Assembly (NCBI GenBank): GCA_009929775.1
Contig: RZZS01000001.1
Coordinates: 31,297-95,296, forward strand
Source: Alphaproteobacteria bacterium
GTDB taxonomy: Bacteria > Pseudomonadota > Alphaproteobacteria > Micavibrionales > Micavibrionaceae
Reading direction: 5' to 3'
Length of the DNA stretch: 64,000 nt
Shown here in pieces: positions 32,719 through 41,449 of this stretch. The number at the start of each line of letters is the position of its first letter. Position 1 is the stretch's first letter. A model generated the notes under the pieces. That model ran no database searches. It was not told the DNA's origin and was given only the letters and a program-made list of their open reading frames with translations. The position numbers and the translations under genes are program-made.

Positions 32719-33879
32719 TTATTCCTCCACGAGCGCGGCGTAAACGTCCCGCTCCGATTCGATGGCCGCTTCAAGACTGTGTTGTCCCGAGGCGGTCTCT
32801 CTGGCCATGACGCCCATTCTCCGGGCAGTCCGGGGGTCGCCGAGGCACTCCCGTATCGCTTTTGCCATGGCCCAGCTTTTTAATTCAACCAGTTTCCCCG
32901 TTTTGCCGTCTTTGATCAACTCACGAATTCCCGGTGAATCTGCGGCGACGATGCAGGCGCCGCAGGCCATCGCCTCGAGAAGGGCGACGGGCTGACTTTC
33001 CCAGGAGGAGGCAAGCGAGAAAATTTCAAAGCTGTTGATGTAGGAGGGCAGATCGGCGTTTTCCCGCACGCCGATCAGGTCGGCCCGAAGGTTTTCCTTT
33101 TTGATTCGCGTGCTCAATTCCTTGCGCATGGGGCCGTCGCCGATGATCATCAGCCGCGCGCCTGCCTGTTTGCAGGCGTCCAGCAGCAGATGCAGGTTCT
33201 TGCGCCGCTCAAGCGGGCCAACATAGAGAACCTGCCCGGTCCTTGGGAGTTCGGGAGCTGGCTTGAAGAGGTCGCAGTCTATGGCGTTGGGGACAAGGAC
33301 GATCCGGTCTTCCGCTACGTGATAGCGTTTCCTGAGGATGTTGCAGATAACATCGGTGCTGGCGAGAATTTTGTCGGCGGCCTCATAGATGCTACGCTCG
33401 AGAGCAACGGTTTGTGCGGAGGTCTTGTCATTGTCTTCGCCGGATTGCCTTCGGATGAAATCGTGGAGCCAGTAGCTGCTTCGGACAACGAGGTGGGAAT
33501 TTGTGGCTTCGGCCAGTTTCTTCGCCAGAAGACCTGCGTTCGTCTCCATGCTCTTGATGATGCAGGGACCGGCGGGGAAGGCTGAAATCCGGTTCGCGAT
33601 GCGCCTGCGGTAAAGGAACGGAGGCAGGCACGCGGTGTTGGCGATGACGTCGATCCCGCGCAGATCCCGTGCTATTGCGGCGTCCTTGCGACCGCCATGC
33701 GTGACGAGCGTCACGCTGCCCATATGGCGGCGCAGTCGATGATAGGGCGTAATCTCCTTTTCGAGCACGCCGCTTTGTTTCCACGAAAGCAGCGAGCCGC
33801 CTTGCGGCAGAACGGCAATCAGGTGAGTTCGTTTCAGCTCGTCACCAGCCAAGGCGGGATCCTCGTTCACGATCGACAA
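32719..33879 (-). CDS. GT4-family (GT-B) glycosyltransferase
   Basis: C-terminal SWESQPVALLEAMACGACIVAADSPGIRELI (E-X7-E type motif). Confidence 0.85.
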   Translation of the reverse strand: MSIVNEDPALAGDELKRTHLIAVLPQGGSLLSWKQSGVLEKEITPYHRLRRHMGSVTLVTHGGRKDAAIARDLRGIDVIANTACLPPFLYRRRIANRISAFPAGPCIIKSMETNAGLLAKKLAEATNSHLVVRSSYWLHDFIRRQSGEDNDKTSAQTVALERSIYEAADKILASTDVICNILRKRYHVAEDRIVLVPNAIDCDLFKPAPELPRTGQVLYVGPLERRKNLHLLLDACKQAGARLMIIGDGPMRKELSTRIKKENLRADLIGVRENADLPSYINSFEIFSLASSWESQPVALLEAMACGACIVAADSPGIRELIKDGKTGKLVELKSWAMAKAIRECLGDPRTARRMGVMARETASGQHSLEAAIESERDVYAALVEE

Positions 33880-33979
33880 GCTTTATAAATGCTGAGTAAA
33901 GAAGGCCTGTCAACCGGAGAGGTCTTTGGCTTTTATGCGATTCTGGTAGAATGACCCGCAGCATATCCTGGAGGAAGAC

Positions 33980-34339
33980 ATGAACGAAGAAGAGAATAAA
34001 GTCTCTCCGAATGCACAAGCCGGTGTCAAACTCGATTTTAGCCGTGCGGTTGCGCGTGCGGGGGAACTCTGGCGGGGCGATGTTCCGCTCGTCCGCTGCT
34101 TCTGGATATATTTTTTTGCGGCTTCGTTTGTTCTCAGTTTTCTTTCAAACTCGTTCAATGGCGCGCCGGGAAGCCTGTTTCACCTGCTGTCGGTTGCCTG
34201 GATGGGGTTCATGGTTATGCCGGTGGTCCGCGCAGCCGGGAAATTCGATGGGGATCCGATGTGGTCCGTTCTGGCCAGGGTTGCCGCAATCCTGGCCGCC
34301 GTGGGTGTCGCGGCCAGCGTTCCCGCTATTCTGTTTTAG
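33980..34339 (+). CDS. Small membrane protein, function unknown
   Basis: 119 aa with 3 predicted hydrophobic helices (FWIYFFAASFVLSFL, LLSVAWMGFMVMPVV, VAAILAAVGVAASVPAILF). Confidence 0.45.
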   Translation: MNEEENKVSPNAQAGVKLDFSRAVARAGELWRGDVPLVRCFWIYFFAASFVLSFLSNSFNGAPGSLFHLLSVAWMGFMVMPVVRAAGKFDGDPMWSVLARVAAILAAVGVAASVPAILF

Positions 34340-34454
34340 TCATGTTCCGGTGGATGATGACGATATAAGCCGTTGGTGACAGACCGTTTTCCTTGAAACC
34401 TGGCGAAAAACAGCTAAGATCGCCTCCTTACCCTAACAAACAGGACGATTTCCG

Positions 34455-35441
34455 ATGCGCTGCCTGCCTTTGCTTTTCTGGGCCGTTTTCATCTGTCTGC
34501 CGGGTTATGCGCAGGCGCAACTGGTCAGTTGCAATGCTGAGGATGACTGGGCTGGCAAAATCATTTGCCGGGACACGGAGCTTTCCCTTCGCGACCGCGC
34601 CTTGCAGGGGGCCATCTCAGGTGCCGTCGCTGGGCTTGGGCCGCAGGCGCGTGCGCAGCTTGATATCGACCAGGCGGAGTGGCGAAACACGCTCTCCAGT
34701 TGCCGCACCATCAGCATCGAGGAGGGCGTTTCTCCGAAAGACTGTCTTCTCGACAGTTTCGACCGGCGGATAGAGGCAATACGCGGTGCTCGTGCCATGA
34801 ACTCCGAAGCCAGGTTGTCCGGCTCTGTAGCCCCGGCCGGACCGGCGCTGCTTGCGACTGAGCCGAAGGGGCAGGAGATGTATCCCGCGACTGTTGCCGT
34901 CGGCGACGATGGGCCGCAAACGGAAAAGCCGCTTGAGGACATTGTCGGGCAGCCGATGGCGGAAAGCGAGCTTTCGCAGGCGGATGCCGTTCATGCACCG
35001 GAGATTCCGCAAGCAATGGCGGAGTCGGCACCGGTCCGGGTTCTTGCCCCTTCCGTTTCCGTGCCTTCGGTTTCCCCCGGACGAATCGATCCGCTCGGAA
35101 GTTCGCAGGTTATCGCGGAGTGTGCAGTGGCTGGGACCGAGGAGGTTGAGTCCTGTGTTCGCACATCGCTCGAAAATGCCGAGATCGAGCTTCAGATCGT
35201 TGCTTCGCGGCTCGAGTTGAAGTTGCGGGAGATGGATGTGTTGCGCGAGCGTGGCCATTCGGAAAATCGCCTTCACGATACGCAGGTGGACTTCGGCACT
35301 TTCCGGGAAACTCACTGTCAGTGGATGGGGGCGCTGGCTGGCGATTCGTTCTCCGGTCAAATTCTTTATGAAGGGTGCATTGTCGATATGACCCGGGCGC
35401 GGGCGCGGTCTCTGCAAGCCTTGTATGATATGGTGAAGTGA
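34455..35441 (+). CDS. Secreted DUF1311 (LprI-like) domain protein with low-complexity linker
   Basis: Signal peptide MRCLPLLFWAVFICLPGYAQA. Cys-framed helical modules are CRDTELSLRDRAL...QAEWRNTLSSC at the N-terminus and FRETHCQWM...YEGCIVDMTRARARSL at the C-terminus. Confidence 0.6.
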   Translation: MRCLPLLFWAVFICLPGYAQAQLVSCNAEDDWAGKIICRDTELSLRDRALQGAISGAVAGLGPQARAQLDIDQAEWRNTLSSCRTISIEEGVSPKDCLLDSFDRRIEAIRGARAMNSEARLSGSVAPAGPALLATEPKGQEMYPATVAVGDDGPQTEKPLEDIVGQPMAESELSQADAVHAPEIPQAMAESAPVRVLAPSVSVPSVSPGRIDPLGSSQVIAECAVAGTEEVESCVRTSLENAEIELQIVASRLELKLREMDVLRERGHSENRLHDTQVDFGTFRETHCQWMGALAGDSFSGQILYEGCIVDMTRARARSLQALYDMVK

Positions 35442-35532
35442 GGCGAGTTGCCATAACTAAGATTATTTTGTTGCATATTTTGCAACTTCGAGTAATGATG
35501 CCTGCCATTGTGTGCAAACTGGCATGGGGCCG

Positions 35533-36609
35533 ATGGCCATTCAAAAAACTGCTCTCATAACGGGAATTACCGGACAGGATGGTTCCATCCTTGCTGCGCT
35601 GCTGCTTGGCAAGGGATATCGCGTAACGGGTCTGCAGCAGTGGTCTGCAACGGATAACACCGAGAACCTGCGCGCGCTTATCGGGATTTCCCGGTTTCAG
35701 TTGCGTTATGCGGACATGTCCGATAGCGGCTCGCTCATTCGCGCGGTGGAGGAAGTCCAACCGGACGAGATTTATAATCTCGCCGCCATGAGTCATGTGG
35801 GCGTAAGCTTCGAGCTTCCGGAAATGACGGCGGATGTGAACGCTCTCGGGACCCTGCGCTTGCTTGAGGCGATCCGGGTCTGCCGTCTCGAGGATTCCTA
35901 CCGGTTCTACCAGGCTTCCTCGTCAGAGCTTTACGGCAACGTTCCTGCGCCGCAGAACGAACAGACGCCGTTTGCCCCGTGCAGCCCGTACGGTGCTGCA
36001 AAACTCTATGCCTACTGGATTGCCGTCAATTACCGGGAGGCATATGGCATGCATGCTTCGAACGGCATCCTTTTTAATCACGAAAGTCCCGTGCGCGGCG
36101 AACATTTTGTAACGCGCAAGATAACGCTTGCTGTTGCGAATATTGTTGCGGGTCGTCAGGACAGGCTGCTTCTCGGCAATCTGGACGCCCGCCGGGACTG
36201 GGGGCACGCAGCGGATTACGCGGAAGGCATGTGGCGGATCGTCCAGCAGGACAGACCGGGCGATTACGTCCTCGCGACGGGCGAATCCCATAGTGTTCGA
36301 GAATTCGTGACGGAGTCGTTTCGTGTTGCAGGAATTGCCATGGACTGGCGTGGCGAGGGAGCCGATGAAGAGGGATTCGATTCGGAAACGGGCCGGGTGC
36401 TGGTCTCGGTTGACCCCGACCTTTATCGTCCTGTGGATCTCAACTTCTTATGCGGCGATCCGGCGAAGGCGGTAAAAGTTCTTTCGTGGAAACCGCGCGT
36501 TACGTTCCGGCAGCTGGTTGAGGAAATGACACTGGCAGACCTGAGCGATATCATGAAAGGTGGCAGCGATGCGGAAGGAAGGCTTGATGACTCCCGTCTT
36601 TTCGCTTGA
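35533..36609 (+). CDS. gmd: GDP-mannose 4,6-dehydratase
   Basis: ALITGITGQDGS, SSSELYG, YGAAKLYAYW and NHESPVRGEHFVTRKIT. Start chosen at MAIQKTALITG. Confidence 0.92.
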   Translation: MAIQKTALITGITGQDGSILAALLLGKGYRVTGLQQWSATDNTENLRALIGISRFQLRYADMSDSGSLIRAVEEVQPDEIYNLAAMSHVGVSFELPEMTADVNALGTLRLLEAIRVCRLEDSYRFYQASSSELYGNVPAPQNEQTPFAPCSPYGAAKLYAYWIAVNYREAYGMHASNGILFNHESPVRGEHFVTRKITLAVANIVAGRQDRLLLGNLDARRDWGHAADYAEGMWRIVQQDRPGDYVLATGESHSVREFVTESFRVAGIAMDWRGEGADEEGFDSETGRVLVSVDPDLYRPVDLNFLCGDPAKAVKVLSWKPRVTFRQLVEEMTLADLSDIMKGGSDAEGRLDDSRLFA

Positions 36610-37540
36610 GGGCAAGCGGGTATGGGTTGCCGGTCACCGGGGGCTCGTTGGCTCCGCGGTTTGCCGGAGGCTGGCCGACGAGAATTGCACGTTTCTTCTG
36701 GCAAGCCGGGCCGAGGTCGATCTGCGCCGTCAGGACGCAGTCGAAGCGTTCGTGCGTGCAAAAAAGCCGGACGTCGTCGTCGTCGCGGCGGCTCGTGTCG
36801 GGGGCATTTATGCCAACACGAAATTTCCGGCGAGTTTTCTTTACGAAAATCTGGCTATCGAAACCAATATCATCGATACCGTCTGGCGGAATGGCGTCGA
36901 AAAGCTTTTGTTTCTTGGGTCGTCATGCATCTACCCGCGCGAGGCTCCCCAGCCGATCCGCGAAGACGACCTTCTTGGCGGTCCGTTGGAGCCAACGAAC
37001 GAATGGTACGCGATTGCGAAGATCGCCGGACTCAAGCTCTGTCAGGCCTACCGCCGGGAGCATGGTTGCGATTTCATTACCGCGATGCCGTGCAATCTTT
37101 ACGGACCGCGCGACAACTTCAACCCCGACACCGCGCATGTCATTCCTGCTCTAATGTTGAAAGCGCGGAAGGCGAAAGAAGCGGGAGAACCCTTCGTGGT
37201 TTGGGGATCGGGAACGCCCCGGCGAGAGTTTATGTATGTCGACGATCTTGCCGATGCCCTCGTTTTTCTGCTGAAGCACTATTCGGCGGAGAAGCCTGTC
37301 AATGTCGGTTGCGGGCGGGACATTTCGATCCGGGATCTGGCTGAAAATGTTGCGAACGTGGTTGGTTACGAGGGTGAACTGTCGTTCGATCCGTCGCGTC
37401 CCGATGGGGTTCCGCGCAAGATTATGGATTCTTCGCGCCTTTTCAGTATGGGCTGGAGACCGAGCACGACTCTTGAAGCGGGGCTCGCGGAGACTTGGAG
37501 TTGGTATCAGTCGCTTCACAACGAGCGGTATGCGGCCTGA
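36587..37540 (+). CDS. fcl: GDP-L-fucose synthase (GDP-4-keto-6-deoxymannose 3,5-epimerase/4-reductase)
   Basis: VWVAGHRGLVGSA, LGSSCIYP and YAIAKIAG. ATG 36587 preceded by GGAAGGAAGG; overlaps the gmd 3' end. Confidence 0.9.
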   Translation: MTPVFSLEGKRVWVAGHRGLVGSAVCRRLADENCTFLLASRAEVDLRRQDAVEAFVRAKKPDVVVVAAARVGGIYANTKFPASFLYENLAIETNIIDTVWRNGVEKLLFLGSSCIYPREAPQPIREDDLLGGPLEPTNEWYAIAKIAGLKLCQAYRREHGCDFITAMPCNLYGPRDNFNPDTAHVIPALMLKARKAKEAGEPFVVWGSGTPRREFMYVDDLADALVFLLKHYSAEKPVNVGCGRDISIRDLAENVANVVGYEGELSFDPSRPDGVPRKIMDSSRLFSMGWRPSTTLEAGLAETWSWYQSLHNERYAA

Positions 37541-37600
37541 GAGGATTGCCGCAACCAGCAGAATTTCCGGGCAGGTAAAAAACACTTTTAAAACGGTCTT

Positions 37601-37628
37601 TTGGATCGCCGCCCGTTGCTGGTATAAT
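37601..37628 (+). promoter_or_regulatory. Candidate extended -10 sigma70 promoter for the cheD-like gene
   Basis: TTGGAT (37601..37606), 16-bp spacer, then TGgTATAAT (37620..37628), about 30 nt upstream of ATG 37660. Confidence 0.4.
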
Positions 37629-37659
37629 TCGCAGGCCTTGGAACCAATAGCGCAGAACG

Positions 37660-38268
37660 ATGACAGATCAGGAAAAATCGAAGGAAGACCAGCGCATTAA
37701 CCAAAACGCTGATGAGTACTTTGACTCGAAGTTTCCGGAAAGCCCGCTTTATATCGGGCCCGGAGATTTCGAATGCACGACGGATCCGAACATAATGCTT
37801 GTAGGAAAGGTCGGTTCGGGCGTTGTCATTTGCATTTTCGACCCGGAAATCGGTGTCGGCGGGATGACGCATTTTATTTTGCCCGTCGCGGCGCTGAAAT
37901 CTTTTCCGAAGGTCAACGGAGATCCTGGTATCAGGCATGTTGAGGATCTGATCGAGCGTTTCATTCGCGCTCTCAAGGCACATGGGGCTGGCAAAAACCG
38001 GATCCGCATCCGGCTCTATGGCGGAACGTCGATACTCGAAGAGTTCGCGGACAGCGGTCTAATGAACTATGTATTCGCAAAGGATTACCTGTTGCGTAAA
38101 GGCCTGATGGTCGCCTATGTCGATGTCGGTGGCACGGAGTGCCGCCGTATCGAGTTTCATCCGGCAAGCGGGAAGGCTCGTCGCATCAAGTTGCGGCGCA
38201 CCGGCGATACCGAAGCCTTGCGCGAATCGGAAAAAGCCTACCTCGAAAAGCTCAGGCTGCTTTCCTGA
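37660..38268 (+). CDS. CheD-like protein (chemoreceptor glutamine deamidase family), orphan, catalytic residues apparently substituted
   Basis: VGSGVVICIFDPEIGVGGMTHFILP, YGGTSIL and VDVGGTECRRIEFHPASGKA follow the CheD pattern. The GSC Cys is Gly here. Confidence 0.7.
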   Translation: MTDQEKSKEDQRINQNADEYFDSKFPESPLYIGPGDFECTTDPNIMLVGKVGSGVVICIFDPEIGVGGMTHFILPVAALKSFPKVNGDPGIRHVEDLIERFIRALKAHGAGKNRIRIRLYGGTSILEEFADSGLMNYVFAKDYLLRKGLMVAYVDVGGTECRRIEFHPASGKARRIKLRRTGDTEALRESEKAYLEKLRLLS

Positions 38269-39049
38269 CGCTGAGCGGGTTACGCCGTATTTCGAAGTCC
38301 GGAAACATGGTCGCGATTTCGTTCTCGGTCGACGCGTCGTAGTTGCGCATGCGCGCCGACGATTCCTGCAAGCGGAAGGTTTTTACACCCATGTCCCGTA
38401 ATTCGCCTGCCATGACGATCAGGGTTGATGGCGGAATGAGGTCGGGGTCGCAGGTCGTCCGCGTCTCGTAAGCGATGCCGCTTTCCAGCAGCAACTCGAA
38501 GCTCTCGCGCGCCTTGGCGCCGCTGCCGCGAACCTGCGTGACGCGCTGGTAGTCCTCGAATTTCGTCTTGATGTCAAACCCGACCCAGTCGACAAGCGGC
38601 AGGATTTCCGCGAATCGCACCGGGTTCATGCCCGAGGTGTGCAGCGCAACCTCAAGCCCCATGGCCCGCACGTCGCGCATGGCATCGGGCAGGGCCTTTT
38701 GCACGAGCGGCTCGCCGCCGCAAAACGCAACGCCTTCGAGCCGTCCCTTGCGGCTTTCGAGAAAATCCAGAACTGCCTTCCAGCTCAGGTCACCGGGCTG
38801 ACTCCGCGGGGTCTGAAGCTCCGGATTGTGGCAGTAATGACAGCGCAACGAACATCCCCGGCAATAGACGACGGCGGCGAGCTTTCCGGGGAAGTCGATG
38901 GTCGTGAATTTGGTGAGGCCGCCGACCCGGAGTTGCGGGTTTGAGTTCGAGTTATGAGTGCGAGTTGCGAGCGGGGTCGCGCCATCCGTCCGCGCTTCTG
39001 TCGAAAACGACGGTGCCTCCGGATAATCGATTTCTCTCCTGCTTCTCAT
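38252..39049 (-). CDS. nrdG: Anaerobic ribonucleoside-triphosphate reductase activating protein (radical SAM)
   Basis: LRVGGLTKFTTIDFPGKLAAVVYCRGCSLRCHYCHNPEL. ATG at 39049; the ORF-track TTG at 39058 is also possible. Lies immediately downstream of nrdD. Confidence 0.88.
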   Translation of the reverse strand: MRSRREIDYPEAPSFSTEARTDGATPLATRTHNSNSNPQLRVGGLTKFTTIDFPGKLAAVVYCRGCSLRCHYCHNPELQTPRSQPGDLSWKAVLDFLESRKGRLEGVAFCGGEPLVQKALPDAMRDVRAMGLEVALHTSGMNPVRFAEILPLVDWVGFDIKTKFEDYQRVTQVRGSGAKARESFELLLESGIAYETRTTCDPDLIPPSTLIVMAGELRDMGVKTFRLQESSARMRNYDASTENEIATMFPDFEIRRNPLSVRKAA

Positions 39050-39082
39050 ATCTCGCAACTCGCAACTCGAACTCGCAACTCC
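38929..39082 (-). promoter_or_regulatory. Long-range inverted repeat built from GAGTTGC/GAGTTCG heptamer-like units, bracketing the nrdG start codon
   Basis: On the mRNA strand, GGAGTTGCGAGTTCGAGTTGCGAGTTGCGAGA (39082..39051) can pair with CTCGCAACTCGCA..ACTCGAACTC..CGCAACTCC (38971..38929) in three helices of about 13, 10 and 9 bp. Confidence 0.6.
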
Positions 39083-39085
39083 AGC

Positions 39086-41239
39086 CTACTCCGCCGCCTC
39101 GACGAACTCCGCCATATTGACGTTCGCCGCGGCACGGTCTTCGACGAAGTGGGTGCGGTCCTTGTGCTCGCTTTTCTTGCCCTTGTTGAAGGACTGGACG
39201 GGGCGGTGGTATCCCATGACGCGGGTCCAGACTTCTGTTGCGTTGCCGCATTGCGGGCATTCGCACACCTCGCCTTCCAGATAGCCGTGTTCGGGGCAGA
39301 TCGAGAAGGTCGGCGTGACCGTAATGTAGGGCAGGCGGTAGTTCGTCAGCACCGTCTTCACGAGCTTCGCGCAGGCCTCGGACGAAGATATCCGCTCGCC
39401 CATGTAAAGGTGCAGGACCGTGCCGCCCGTATACTTCGTTTGAAGCTCTTCCTGATGGTCGAGCGCCTCGAACGGGTCGTCCGTATAGCCGACAGGAAGC
39501 TGCGAGGAGTTGGTGTAGTAGGGGGCGTCTTCTGTGCCCGCCTGCAGGATGTCCGGCCAGCGCTTGCGGTCTTCCTTGGCAAGGCGGTACGTGCAGCCTT
39601 CGGCCGGTGTGGCTTCGAGGTTATAGAGGTGGCCCGTTTCTTCCTGGAATTCCACCATGCGCGACCGGATATGGTCAAGAACGCGGGCGGCCAGCGCCTT
39701 GCCCTTGTCCGACGTGATGTCGTGGGCGTCGCGGTAGAAATTGCGCACCATCTCGTTGACGCCGTTGACGCCGATGGTCGAGAAGTGGTTGCGCAAGGAG
39801 CCGAGATAATGGCGCGTGTAGGGATAGAGGCCGTTGTCGATATGGGCCTGAATTACCTTGCGCTTGATCTCGAGCGAGTTCCGGGCGAGATCCATCAGGT
39901 AATCGAGCTTTTCGATCAGGCCCTTCTCGTCGTTCTTGTACAGGTAACCGAGACGTCCGCAATTGACGGTGACGACGCCGATCGAGCCGGTCTGTTCCGC
40001 CGAGCCGAACAGCCCGTTGCCGCGTTTTTGCAGTTCGCGCAGGTCGAGCTGCAGGCGGCAGCACATCGAGCGCACCTGCCCGGGATCCATGTCCGAGTTG
40101 ATGAAGTTCTGGAAGTAGGGCAGGCCGTATTTCGCCGTCATCGCGAACAGGCGCTTCGCGTTCTCGGATTCCCACGGAAAGTCTTTCGTGACGTTGTAGG
40201 TGGGAATCGGGAAGGTGAAGACGCGGCCGTGCTTGTCGCCTTCGGTCATGACCTCGATATAGGCGCGGTTGACCATGTCCATTTCGGCCTGAAGGTCGCC
40301 GTAGGTGAATTCGCAGTCCTTGCCGCCGATTCGCGGAATCTGCGGGCGCAGATCCTCCGGGCAGGTCCAGTCGAAGGTCAGGTTCGTGAACGGCGTCTGC
40401 GTACCCCAGCGCGAGGGGACGTTCAGATTATAGATGAATTCCTGAATATCCTGGCGAACCTGTTCGTATTTCAGGCCGTCCTTTTTGATGAAGGGGGCGA
40501 GATAGGTGTCGACCGAAGAGAACGCCTGCGCGCCGGCCCATTCGTTTTGCAGCGTGCCGAGGAAGTTGACCATCTGGCCCAGAGCGGTGGAAAGGTGTTT
40601 GGGCGGCGAAGATTCGACCTTGCCCGGAACGCCGTTGAATCCCGTTTCCAGCAGTGTGCGCAGCGACCAGCCCGCGCAGTAACCGGCCAGCATATCGAGG
40701 TCGTGGATGTAAAAATCCCCCTCGCGGTGCGCCTGCCCGACCTCGTCCGGGTAGACGTGGGAGAGCCAGTAGTTGGCCGTGACCTTGCCCGAGATATTGA
40801 GAATCAGCCCGCCGAGCGAATAGCCCTGATTGGCGTTGGCGTTCACCCGCCAGTCGGCGCGGCCCAGATATTCGTCCATGGACGTGCCGACGTCGACGGC
40901 CACGGCCCGGTCCGCGCGTTCGGCGCGGCGGCGTTCGCGATAGCGGATATAGGCGCGGGCCGTGTCGACATAGCCTTCCTTGATAAGGGTCTGTTCGACC
41001 ACGTCCTGAATTTCCTCGATCGTGCGCTCCGATTCGCCCGTCCGGCCCAGAATAAAGCAGACCAGTTCACTCAAGCGTTCGGCCTCGTTCGCGTCAAAGG
41101 CCTTTGTCGCAATCCCGGCGCGCTCGATCGCGCGGGTAATTCGCCGGGCGTCGAAGGCGACTCGTTCGCCATCCCGGCGAATGATATGGCGCGGGGGCGT
41201 GTAGCATACGGCGGCGGGAATCTGGTCGAGTTGCGCCAT
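39086..41239 (-). CDS. nrdD: Anaerobic (class III) ribonucleoside-triphosphate reductase
   Basis: N-terminal ATP-cone (RDGERVAFDARRITRAIERA), C-terminal Cys4 ribbon CPEHGYLEGEVCECPQCG and glycyl-radical motif RVMGYHRPVQSFNKGKKSE. Confidence 0.95.
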   Translation of the reverse strand: MAQLDQIPAAVCYTPPRHIIRRDGERVAFDARRITRAIERAGIATKAFDANEAERLSELVCFILGRTGESERTIEEIQDVVEQTLIKEGYVDTARAYIRYRERRRAERADRAVAVDVGTSMDEYLGRADWRVNANANQGYSLGGLILNISGKVTANYWLSHVYPDEVGQAHREGDFYIHDLDMLAGYCAGWSLRTLLETGFNGVPGKVESSPPKHLSTALGQMVNFLGTLQNEWAGAQAFSSVDTYLAPFIKKDGLKYEQVRQDIQEFIYNLNVPSRWGTQTPFTNLTFDWTCPEDLRPQIPRIGGKDCEFTYGDLQAEMDMVNRAYIEVMTEGDKHGRVFTFPIPTYNVTKDFPWESENAKRLFAMTAKYGLPYFQNFINSDMDPGQVRSMCCRLQLDLRELQKRGNGLFGSAEQTGSIGVVTVNCGRLGYLYKNDEKGLIEKLDYLMDLARNSLEIKRKVIQAHIDNGLYPYTRHYLGSLRNHFSTIGVNGVNEMVRNFYRDAHDITSDKGKALAARVLDHIRSRMVEFQEETGHLYNLEATPAEGCTYRLAKEDRKRWPDILQAGTEDAPYYTNSSQLPVGYTDDPFEALDHQEELQTKYTGGTVLHLYMGERISSSEACAKLVKTVLTNYRLPYITVTPTFSICPEHGYLEGEVCECPQCGNATEVWTRVMGYHRPVQSFNKGKKSEHKDRTHFVEDRAAANVNMAEFVEAAE

Positions 41240-41292
41240 GGCAAAGGTCTCCTTTGTTTTTACTGCGGCTGTGTGTAGCTCTGTGGATTAAT

Positions 41293-41339
41293 ACAGGATA
41301 TTGTGTGGATAGCGTGACGCTATACCTAGATATTGTGTA
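41293..41339 (-). promoter_or_regulatory. Two tandem NrdR boxes upstream of nrdD
   Basis: On the nrdD strand: CCACACAATATCCTGT (41308..41293) and TACACAATATCTAGGT (41339..41324). The cores are 31 bp apart, 54-100 bp upstream of the nrdD ATG. Confidence 0.6.
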
Positions 41340-41449
41340 TTTCTGGCTCCGGTATGCAATGTGACAACATGTCGCACCAGGCAAATAAACCGGTTGAAAG
41401 CAGTCAGAAAACTCTTCAAACGCGGCGGTGTTTTGGTATTCTCGCGCGC

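Noticed and set aside
36622-37344. 240-aa and 182-aa alternative-frame ORFs overlapping fcl (36622..37344 and 36606..37154).
   Set aside because: They are same-strand, out-of-frame shadows of a well-supported GDP-fucose synthase. Their translations are Arg-rich and motif-free.
38954-41278. 774-aa ORF on the plus strand, antisense to nrdD.
   Set aside because: It is a mirror-frame artefact of a GC-rich coding region. The product is Arg/Ala/Gly/Val-rich and low-complexity with no motifs, while the minus strand encodes an unmistakable NrdD (ATP-cone, Zn ribbon, glycyl-radical motif).
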